In this document: piece after piece, positions 49,012-57,836 of the stretch
How the letters are laid out: every line of letters starts with the position of its first letter
Numbering within the stretch: the stretch's first letter is position 1
DNA from: Gammaproteobacteria bacterium
Lineage (GTDB): Bacteria > Pseudomonadota > Gammaproteobacteria > JAADHQ01
Assembly: GCA_011052215.1 (NCBI GenBank)
Contig: DRJK01000167.1
Span: forward strand, 1-57,836
Length of the DNA: 57,836 nt
Direction: 5' to 3'
Position numbers and translations under genes: made by a program
The notes under the pieces: generated by a model
The model's input: only the letters and a program-made list of their open reading frames with translations
Told to the model about the DNA's origin: nothing
Databases searched by the model: none

Positions 49012-52000
49012 CTAGTTGTTTGCCAGTGTATCGAGTAGTTTTTCAATTGTCTGAAAACGAATACTATTATCCTCTAATGAAAGATAAAAGCGAAGTTTAT
49101 TTTTACCATCCAGCTTGTAACTATCGGGCTCGTCCTGTATCAGCCGGATTATTTTAATCGGGTCGATATTGGGTGTATTACTGAAAATAATACTGCCACC
49201 TTTATCACTTGCATCGATTTTGTTAATACCCAGTTCTTTTGCCTTTATCTTCAGTTTGGTGACTTCTATCAGGTTTTTCAGGGAATCAGGAAGCAAGCCA
49301 AAACGATCAATCATTTCAACCTGGATTTCCCTGAGCTGTTCTGTATCATCGGCACTGGCTATTCGCTTGTATAATACCAGCCTGCTGTGTACATCTGGCA
49401 GGTAATCTTCCGGGATTAGCGCAGGAAGCTGTAAATCAATTTCAGGGCCGTGATCGAGCGGGGTTGCAAGATCGGGTTCATCCCCTGATTTGAGTGCAGT
49501 TACCGCACGCTCCAGCAAATCAGTGTAGAGGGTAAAACCGATTTCCTGAATCTGGCCGCTTTGTCCTTCACCCAGTAATTCACCCGTACCTCGAATTTCC
49601 AGGTCATGCGTTGCCAGCATAAATCCGGCACCAAGATTTTCAAGAGACTCAATCGCCTCCAGTCTCTTCAGGGCATCCGGGGTAATTGCTTTTCGTCCCG
49701 GTATTATCAAGTAGGCGTATGCCCTGTGATGTGAGCGCCCAACCCGCCCCCTTAGCTGGTGGAGTTGGGCCAGCCCCAGCTTGTCAGCGCGGTTAATAAT
49801 GATCGTGTTGGCGGTAGGAATGTCGATGCCACTCTCAATAATCGTTGTGCAAACCAGGATGTTGAATTTCTGGTGGTAATAGTCGAGCATGACCTGTTCA
49901 AGCTCGCGTTCACGCATTTGTCCATGGGCAATCCTGACAGAGGATTCCGGCACCAGCAGTTTTATTTGACTGGATATTTTTTCTATACTCGAAATCTCGT
50001 TGTGAAGAAAGTAAACCTGTCCACCACGTTTTATCTCACGTAATAATGCCTCTGTCAGGAGGTTATCATTCCATTCGGAAACAAATGTTTTTATTGCGAC
50101 ACGTTCTGCAGGTGCCGTTGCGATGATCGATAAATCCCGTAGCCCGGACAGTGACATGTTCAGTGTCCGGGGAATGGGGGTGGCCGTCAGTGTCAGTATG
50201 TCGATTTCGGAACGTAATGATTTCAGTCTTTCTTTTTGTCTGACACCAAACCGATGCTCCTCATCGATTATCAAAAGACCCAGATCCTTGAATCTGATAT
50301 CTTTTTGTATGATTTTATGTGTACCGATAACGATGTCTATTTTACCATTTTCCAGCTGACCCAATATGGATTCCTGTTCCTTGATGGATCGAAATCTTGA
50401 GATGACTTCGATGTTAAACGGGCATTCAGAAAATCTGTCCAGAAAAGTCTGGTAGTGTTGCTGGGCAAGCAAGGTGGTGGGCACCAGGACTGCAACCTGC
50501 CGATTGGCCTGAGCGGCAATAAAGGTGGCACGCATGGCAACTTCAGTTTTGCCAAACCCCACATCGCCACAGACAACCCTGTCCATGGGCTGCTCGGATT
50601 CCATGTCACGGGTAACAGCCTCGATGGCATTTAATTGATCAGGGGTTTCTTCAAATGGAAATGCAGATGAAAACTGGTTGAACTCATCCTGGTTTATCGC
50701 ATATGCGTGGCCTTTTCGGGCGGCACGCCGGGCGTATATATCCAGTAGCTCGACTGCAATATCCCTTGCGCGTTCAGCGGCTTTCTTTTTTGCCTTCTGC
50801 CAGCGGTCACTGCCCAGTTTATGGAGTGGGGCGTTTTCCGGTGTAGCACCCGAGTAGCGGCTGATCAGATGTAATGAAGCTACCGGTACATATAACCTGG
50901 CATCATCGGCATATTCCAGGGTCAGAAACTCGGTTTCAATATTACCTATCTTTAATTTTTGTAAACCGACGTATCTGCCGATGCCATGATCTTCATGAAC
51001 AACAGGGTCGCCTGCATGCAAGTCTGTCAGGTTTCGTATTATACTTTCAGCATTTGTTTCTGTTTTCCTTCGCCTTCTTTTTTGAACGGCACGTGTTCCA
51101 AACAGTTGTGATTCAGCAATAACAGCAATGCCAGGATCCTGTAGTATCAGACCCTCCTCCAGCGGAGCAACTGTTATAGCCAGTTTGATAGAAGAATTAA
51201 AAAAATCATTCCAGTGCTTGACTGATTTTGGATAAACAGAATTTTTTCTGAATATTTCGAGAATCAGCTCACGCCGTCCGGTTGTCTCGGCAGCAATCAG
51301 GATCCTGCCGTGGAAGCTGTCAAAAAATCCCAGCACGGCCTGGCAGGGGTCTGTTGCATTACTTTGTATGAATAATGGGGGTGGCGCAGAAGTATTGTAA
51401 TTGATGATATTTCCAGTCGCTGTACCGGAGTCTGTATATTCAAACCATTGGAGGTTGGCCCTCGGAAAGCTGGACAGTGCATTATTAAGTGATGCAGGTG
51501 TACTGAAAATTTCGTTCGGGGAAAGGACGGGCCGTTCTATATCATGCCGTCTGGATTCATAACGCCCGGTAATTTGCTGCCAGTAATTGTCTGTTGCAGC
51601 TTCAGTTCCATCCAGGCAGATGATGATAGTATTCGACGGAAGATATTCAGTGAGTGATTTTGTATTTTCAAAGAACAAAGGAAGATAATACTCAAGTCCG
51701 CCAGCTGCAATCCCGTTACTGACATCGTTATAGATGGCGCTGTTCTGCGGGTTACCCTCGAATCGTTTCCTGTAGTTTTGCCTGAACCGTGTTATGGATT
51801 GCTCATGCAATGGAAATTCATGTGCCGGCAGCAGCTTTATATCCTGAATGTTTTCCCGGGTTCGTTGTGTATCGGGATCAAAACTGCGCATTGATTCTAT
51901 TTCATCGTCAAATATATCAATACGGAAGGGAAGCTCGCTGCCCATCGGGTACAGATCAAGCAATGATCCCCTGACGGTGTACTCACCATGCTCCATGACC

Positions 52001-52512
52001 TGGGACACGTGTCTGTAGCCGGCCCGTTCAAGTTGTAGCCTGATTTTTTCTGATGACAGGGAGTCGCCTGTTTTCAGAACCAGCGTTGAAGACTGGATAT
52101 AATCCAGCGGGGCCAGTTTCTGCATCAACGTGGAAACCGGCACAATAAGAATTCCCTTTTTGAAGCCGGGCAGTTTGCTCAGGGTTTCAAGGCGCCCGGA
52201 AACTATATCTTCATGCGGCGAAAAAATATCATAGGGTAAGGTTTCCCAGTCCGGGAATGACAGAATGGATAACCCTTTTTTACCTGAACAATAAAATTTG
52301 AGTTCATGCTCGAGCCGGTTTGCCTGTTGCATGTCCTTGCTGATAACCAGTATGAAGCCGTTGAATTCCTGTGCGCAGGATGCCAGTACCAACCCGGGAC
52401 TATTGCCATATAGACGGCCCCAGTTAATATCGGGGCGGGTCTGGTCGGGGATGACGGGGTGGAGTGGCGAGGCGTTTTGCACAGGATAATGGTTGAAATA
52501 TTGTAATGACAT
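49012..52512 (-). CDS. mfd: Transcription-repair coupling factor
   Basis: The ORF-track start 52593 lies inside a MITE copy. ATG 52512 (MSLQYFNHY...) gives 1166 aa. Walker A GDVGFGKTEVA, DEEHRFG, and helicase motifs QLRGRVGRS. Confidence 0.96.
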   Translation of the reverse strand: MSLQYFNHYPVQNASPLHPVIPDQTRPDINWGRLYGNSPGLVLASCAQEFNGFILVISKDMQQANRLEHELKFYCSGKKGLSILSFPDWETLPYDIFSPHEDIVSGRLETLSKLPGFKKGILIVPVSTLMQKLAPLDYIQSSTLVLKTGDSLSSEKIRLQLERAGYRHVSQVMEHGEYTVRGSLLDLYPMGSELPFRIDIFDDEIESMRSFDPDTQRTRENIQDIKLLPAHEFPLHEQSITRFRQNYRKRFEGNPQNSAIYNDVSNGIAAGGLEYYLPLFFENTKSLTEYLPSNTIIICLDGTEAATDNYWQQITGRYESRRHDIERPVLSPNEIFSTPASLNNALSSFPRANLQWFEYTDSGTATGNIINYNTSAPPPLFIQSNATDPCQAVLGFFDSFHGRILIAAETTGRRELILEIFRKNSVYPKSVKHWNDFFNSSIKLAITVAPLEEGLILQDPGIAVIAESQLFGTRAVQKRRRRKTETNAESIIRNLTDLHAGDPVVHEDHGIGRYVGLQKLKIGNIETEFLTLEYADDARLYVPVASLHLISRYSGATPENAPLHKLGSDRWQKAKKKAAERARDIAVELLDIYARRAARKGHAYAINQDEFNQFSSAFPFEETPDQLNAIEAVTRDMESEQPMDRVVCGDVGFGKTEVAMRATFIAAQANRQVAVLVPTTLLAQQHYQTFLDRFSECPFNIEVISRFRSIKEQESILGQLENGKIDIVIGTHKIIQKDIRFKDLGLLIIDEEHRFGVRQKERLKSLRSEIDILTLTATPIPRTLNMSLSGLRDLSIIATAPAERVAIKTFVSEWNDNLLTEALLREIKRGGQVYFLHNEISSIEKISSQIKLLVPESSVRIAHGQMRERELEQVMLDYYHQKFNILVCTTIIESGIDIPTANTIIINRADKLGLAQLHQLRGRVGRSHHRAYAYLIIPGRKAITPDALKRLEAIESLENLGAGFMLATHDLEIRGTGELLGEGQSGQIQEIGFTLYTDLLERAVTALKSGDEPDLATPLDHGPEIDLQLPALIPEDYLPDVHSRLVLYKRIASADDTEQLREIQVEMIDRFGLLPDSLKNLIEVTKLKIKAKELGINKIDASDKGGSIIFSNTPNIDPIKIIRLIQDEPDSYKLDGKNKLRFYLSLEDNSIRFQTIEKLLDTLANN

Positions 52513-52548
52513 GGCTGGGTAAGGTGGTATTTTCCCATATAAACAACA

Positions 52549-52674
52549 AGGATGCCATGTTTTGCATGTCTTGATCAGGTTTGCCGGTTTCATGTCCGGA
52601 TTGCGGGTTAGCCTGAATCGTACTTGCTGCTTACATTTCAGCTACATTCGTCATGGGTTAACGGGACAACAGTG
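52549..52674 (+). mobile_element. MITE-like element family 1, copy j (arm-B half element)
   Basis: GGATGCCATGTTTTGCATGTCTTGATCAGGTTTGCCGGTTTCATGTCCGGATTGCGGGTTAGCC ... CATTCGTCATGGGTTAACGGGACAACAGTG. Lies in the mfd upstream region. Confidence 0.8.
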
Positions 52675-52679
52675 TGGCT

Positions 52680-53189
52680 TTATATAAAAAGACGTCTCAA
52701 CTCGTGGTCGGGTTTACTACGGTCCCAGGCATTGTCAAACACCTTTATCAGTTCACGAACCTTTAGTTTGTCATTGAAATTGTACTGCCCCTGATAAAGC
52801 GTCCCGACATGTTTATGCAGGTAACCTGACTGGTCGGCCAGCAGGAATGCATTGTCTATTTCCGCCAGGTCGTCCGGTGTTACATGAATATGAATGCTGG
52901 ATGTAAATTTTCGTGCCAGCTCAATCAGGCGATGACCGTTTTTTACCGACTGGGTTGAATCCTTTACAAGTATTTTTATCTGGCTTTGTTTGCTTCGGGT
53001 GGCCAATGACATAATGGCGTGATTGAAGTGACCGTCGTCATAGATATGGTGTTCAAGATTGGGGGTCAGTATCCTGATGATTTGTCTGGATTGTCTTGCG
53101 AGTTCGATGGCTATGTCACAATTTTCCAGGCGGCCTTCAAACTGGTTCTGTTGATCAGACTCGCCTAATATAAATCGACCCGGATCCAT
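52680..53189 (-). CDS. Hypothetical protein (possible PLD-like fold without HKD motif)
   Basis: 169-aa ORF with ATG start and normal-looking composition. No family recognised with confidence. Confidence 0.55.
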   Translation of the reverse strand: MDPGRFILGESDQQNQFEGRLENCDIAIELARQSRQIIRILTPNLEHHIYDDGHFNHAIMSLATRSKQSQIKILVKDSTQSVKNGHRLIELARKFTSSIHIHVTPDDLAEIDNAFLLADQSGYLHKHVGTLYQGQYNFNDKLKVRELIKVFDNAWDRSKPDHELRRLFI

Positions 53190-53265
53190 TTAACCCTTCT
53201 TTTGCATCGTTCGTTTATGAGAAATTACTGTACCCATGAAAATATTTTCTGTTTCCATCAATTCG

Positions 53266-53589
53266 TCATGCCGGCAGGTATTCAATAATACCTGACTGTA
53301 CATCCAGATACGGCTGGGTGTTGTTCTTCATGCAATATTCCGGTGTTGTATCAAGCATAGCAGACCCTCTGCCTTTGTTGTGCCATCCGGCGAGTATGGT
53401 CATGCATCCTTTCTGTCCACCGGGAGGTAAACGTGCTGTTGATACGGGTCTGGCATCCTGGTCATGTGCAAGAAAACGGATGCAGGTATTATCATGATTA
53501 TTCCATTCCAGAACAGGAGTGGTATTTTTTGCCGATATCCGGACAAAAATCCCGGCAGTGATTTCATCTGAAGCTGACTGATATGTCAT
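53266..53589 (-). CDS. GNAT-like N-acetyltransferase remnant or divergent short GNAT (possible pseudogene)
   Basis: 107 aa. Resembles the GNAT core (PVSTARL ... GCMTILAGWHNKGRGSAML) but has degraded motifs, and the stop falls before the expected C-terminal strands. Confidence 0.35.
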   Translation of the reverse strand: MTYQSASDEITAGIFVRISAKNTTPVLEWNNHDNTCIRFLAHDQDARPVSTARLPPGGQKGCMTILAGWHNKGRGSAMLDTTPEYCMKNNTQPYLDVQSGIIEYLPA

Positions 53590-53597
53590 GGAGCTGG

Positions 53598-53635
53598 AAA
53601 AAAATTACCCGAACTGCATGCGGGTGCAGTTCGGG
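53598..53635 (-). terminator. Rho-independent terminator downstream of purB
   Basis: On the minus strand, an 11-bp stem CCCGAACTGCA / TGCAGTTCGGG (53608..53635, 6-nt loop) is followed by TAATTTTTTT (plus-strand A-run at 53598..53607). Confidence 0.75.
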
Positions 53636-53770
53636 CGAGTATTCATAGTGCCCTTTACCCACGGGGAATATTGCGGGATATTATGAGGTAAAGGGTCTAT
53701 GTGTTTAAAGTGTGATTGATTTTTCGGCATAAAACTGTCGACTGCTTCACATAATCATGAAGTCATCATC

Positions 53771-55153
<1,383 letters not shown>

Positions 55154-55419
55154 TTAAGGTTGGAAAACGTGTTGAATAATACAATAAATATCAGGATGAG
55201 TCTGTTTTGACTGTGAGTGGATTTCTGCATACTCATGAGTGGTAAAATTATAAAAATACAGTTATTACAATATTATACACAATATATATAAAGTAATTTA
55301 TTATATATGATACTGGCTCTCTGAGGGTATTTTTTTACAAAAGCCAGTGGTCCGTTGCCTTATTCAGGAATGGTCCGTTGGTGCCGATAGGATTCTAATA
55401 CTAAAGGAAATTTCATTAC

Positions 55420-56217
55420 ATGGATAACAAAATACCGATCTCGGAACTGGCGATAACTATCATCGAACCTTCCTCGACGCAGGCGCGTATCATTGGCGGC
55501 CGGTTGAAGGAACTGGAGGTTGCCAACACCCAGTTCTTTTCTGATGGGAAAGCGGCCCTGAGCAATATCAAGCAATGCATACCTGATCTGGTCATCAGCA
55601 GCATGTACCTTCCGGATATGACCGGGACAGAGCTTGTACTGGCCCTGAGGCGTGACATTGAGCTGGAGGCAGTCCCCTACATGTTGATTTCAAGCGAGAC
55701 ATCTTTTGCCAGTCTCGATCCGATCAGGCAGGCAGGCGTTGTCGCGATTCTGCCAAAACCCTTTGAGACGGCCGATCTCAGACGGGCCCTGTATTCCACA
55801 GTTGATTTGATAGTCCCGGATGATCAGGCCCAGTCTGATATTGCACTGGATGAGCTGAATGTTCTGGTAGTGGACGACAGCCTGATGGCGCGTAAACATA
55901 TCTGCCGTGTCCTGGGGAACCTGGGCATAGAAAATATCAAGGCGGCAGTGAATGGAAGCCAGGCGGTGGGTATGATCCAGGATGAATATTTTGATCTGGT
56001 GGTGACCGATTACAATATGCCGGAAATGGATGGTGAGCAGTTGACCCGCTATATACGTGAGAACAGCGCCCAGAAGTCGATACCGGTATTGATGGTGACC
56101 AGTGAAGAGAATGAGAGCCGGCTTTCTGCCGTGCAGAATGCCGGTGTATCCGGGATCTGTGACAAGCCCTTTGAACCGGCCGCAGTCAGACAAATGATTC
56201 AAAACCTGTTTACGTAG
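55420..56217 (+). CDS. Stand-alone tandem receiver protein (pseudo-REC + canonical CheY-like REC)
   Basis: 265 aa. REC2 has VLVVDDS, DLVVTDYNMPEMDG, a conserved T (MVTSE) and K (DKPF). In REC1, EP replaces the DD pocket, and S replaces the phospho-acceptor Asp (DLVISSMYLPDMTG). Confidence 0.88.
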   Translation: MDNKIPISELAITIIEPSSTQARIIGGRLKELEVANTQFFSDGKAALSNIKQCIPDLVISSMYLPDMTGTELVLALRRDIELEAVPYMLISSETSFASLDPIRQAGVVAILPKPFETADLRRALYSTVDLIVPDDQAQSDIALDELNVLVVDDSLMARKHICRVLGNLGIENIKAAVNGSQAVGMIQDEYFDLVVTDYNMPEMDGEQLTRYIRENSAQKSIPVLMVTSEENESRLSAVQNAGVSGICDKPFEPAAVRQMIQNLFT

Positions 56218-56474
56218 GTTTTCCGGGTTTTTTTCCTGGCGTGCTGTATTTGCCATTTCATGAAAAACCTTACAAGCATGATCCGGAATATTTCTGTTAT
56301 TCAATACCGGAAAGCCATCCGGTTTTCTCACACACTCCTGCATGTGCATGGAAAAATACTTGCATATTTTGTGGAGATTAATGTCGTTATTCTCCGCACG
56401 GCACGCTTGCAGGTCGTCGCGTCAGCTCGCTTCCAACTAAATCATATTATTGATAATCTCCATCATAATCGTGG

Positions 56475-57836
56475 CTACATTATCTGTTCTTTGCCCATAC
56501 AACATTTCTTGTATTTCTTGCCACTGTCACAGGGGCAGGGGTCGTTACGGCCGATCTTCGGGGTGTCGCGCTGGTATGTTATTTGATCGTAATGGTCTGA
56601 TTCTCCGTCCATTATATCAATGGTGTTCGAGTCTATGTCATCCTCTTGATCTTCTTCCTGCCAACGGCTCTGACGATTTATTATTTGTTTGTTGTCGTAA
56701 AAGTCCCACGGGTTATTGAAGCGTTCCCAGCCAGGTGTATCTTTTCCGTCCGCATAGGCCTTACTGATGTCCTTCTCATCGAAGTGAAACCCAAGGCCGT
56801 TCTGCCGGGCAGCCAGTTTTGATATCAGGGCACGATGACGATCGCGAGGGTAGTCCAACAGGTCGTTTGCAATGAGCAAGCGGCAGTCCCAATCCTCATC
56901 CTCGTTTGCAACAATCTGCGCTGCCCAGTCCAGTGTCTGTTCCAGCTCTGTTTCACCCCGTTGATGCGCCAGGGCAAGAACGGCCTCCATTATATTTGTG
57001 CGCATGAACCAATCGCACTTTTGATCCATACAGATTTCGCGTAACGGCACAACTACCGACTGCGGTTTATTAAGCAGCAGGGCGGGCCAGTAACCTGAGA
57101 GCCATTCCTGTAGATTTTCATCCTCTTCCCGGTTCATGCCGTGTATAAAATCCACCAGTAACAATCCGGCATGCTCACCGGGGATCAGGCCAAGAATCAT
57201 CACGGCATGCAGGCGCAGCCACCAGTGACCATCACTTGTTTTTTCGAGTTCATCGTTGGGCTGTGCTATGGGTGTCAGGACTTCCAGCATTTGTTCACCA
57301 CGACTTACACACGCATCAATCACATTGCGCGGCACCCGGTCTTCATGTTCGATCATGATGTCGATCAGCTCCGCAGGCGTATAGCTGGCCAGTACCGTAT
57401 CCTCATATACCGGTATTTCAACGACTGAACTCACGGGTGTTTCCCCGGGTTCCGTTACAAACCGGTTGACGGTATCCACATCAAACGCTTCTGCATCGAA
57501 CCCATCGCCCAGCCACTCCATAATCTCTTCGTGCTCCTCGTTGTTTGGATCATGAAGCGCCTCGAGCATGGAGGCGTATCCGTGTGGGCCGCCGCAGTCT
57601 TCGGGCGGGCAGGCCCGTTGGCCGTCAAGGCAGACGGGATAGTCGGTGCCTGGTTCGGCTGGCAGGATCTTTTCGATGATGAGGTCATGTTCCCATCCAT
57701 CACCAAAATCATAATCGTAGATGAATGCGCCACCTTCATGTGTAATTTTATCAAGACGCACATTGCATTCGTTTTTAATGTCACATGGGAAGGCGGGGTC
57801 AGGTTCACCGTAGGTATCATGGCCGATGCGAAACCC
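56475..57836 (-). CDS. pRiA4b ORF-3-like domain / DUF1186-like / SEC-C motif fusion protein (5' end outside window)
   Basis: The reading frame stays open to the window edge upstream of the tracked GTG 57761 ([24 protein letters not shown]...). The pRiA4b ORF-3-type core is [13 protein letters not shown]...[13 protein letters not shown]-terminal SEC-C motif [18 protein letters not shown]. Confidence 0.75.
   Translation of the reverse strand, partial: GFRIGHDTYGEPDPAFPCDIKNECNVRLDKITHEGGAFIYDYDFGDGWEHDLIIEKILPAEPGTDYPVCLDGQRACPPEDCGGPHGYASMLEALHDPNNEEHEEIMEWLGDGFDAEAFDVDTVNRFVTEPGETPVSSVVEIPVYEDTVLASYTPAELIDIMIEHEDRVPRNVIDACVSRGEQMLEVLTPIAQPNDELEKTSDGHWWLRLHAVMILGLIPGEHAGLLLVDFIHGMNREEDENLQEWLSGYWPALLLNKPQSVVVPLREICMDQKCDWFMRTNIMEAVLALAHQRGETELEQTLDWAAQIVANEDEDWDCRLLIANDLLDYPRDRHRALISKLAARQNGLGFHFDEKDISKAYADGKDTPGWERFNNPWDFYDNKQIINRQSRWQEEDQEDDIDSNTIDIMDGESDHYDQITYQRDTPKIGRNDPCPCDSGKKYKKCCMGKEQIM

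Noticed and set aside
52513-52593. 27-codon N-terminal extension of mfd from ATG 52593.
   Set aside because: The ATG and most of the extension are MITE consensus sequence (CCGGACATGAAACCGGCAAACC...). The Mfd N-terminal alignment fits ATG 52512. It is kept only as a remark in a finding.
1-52674. Whether the recurring ~100-260-bp repeats could be a CRISPR array or rRNA/tRNA-related repeats.
   Set aside because: The copies are dispersed over the whole window in both orientations, with irregular spacing of several kb. They are far longer than CRISPR repeats, have terminal inverted repeats and flanking duplications, and no cas genes are present.
56260-56586. 108-aa + strand ORF in the receiver / SEC-C gene spacer.
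   Set aside because: Half of it overlaps the 3' end of the well-supported minus-strand SEC-C gene. It has no RBS and an odd composition, so it is likely spurious.

Overview
This 57.8-kb window looks like a chromosomal segment of a gammaproteobacterium, judging by gene content and synteny (moderate GC by eye). It holds about 55 protein-coding genes, nearly all core housekeeping. The main blocks are: aminotransferase-hom-thrC; recJ-prfB-lysS (prfB has the classic +1 frameshift); ygfZ divergent from sdhCDAB-sdhE-ygfX; nadB divergent from rpoE-rseABC; lepA-lepB-rnc-era-recO-pdxJ; a GacS/BarA-type hybrid kinase next to cysM and rlmD; a tightly overlapped CYTH / peptide-type ABC importer / nagZ operon; hpt, MTA phosphorylase, mfd and purB. 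There is also a c-di-GMP neighbourhood (HDOD, periplasmic rhodanese, GGDEF-EAL, PilZ). I recognised no rRNA, tRNA, CRISPR array, transposase, phage or obvious defence genes. The most unusual content is non-coding. Most of the larger intergenic spacers carry a copy of a ~235-bp palindromic MITE-like element. It has the 18-bp terminal inverted repeat CACTGCTGTCCCGTTAAC and AT-rich 9-bp target-site duplications. At least 10 copies are present, including ~105-112-bp internally deleted forms and half elements. A second ~158-bp palindromic repeat occurs twice. I found no convincing novel multi-gene protein system. The lower-interest findings are gene-context oddities that need database searches to evaluate.
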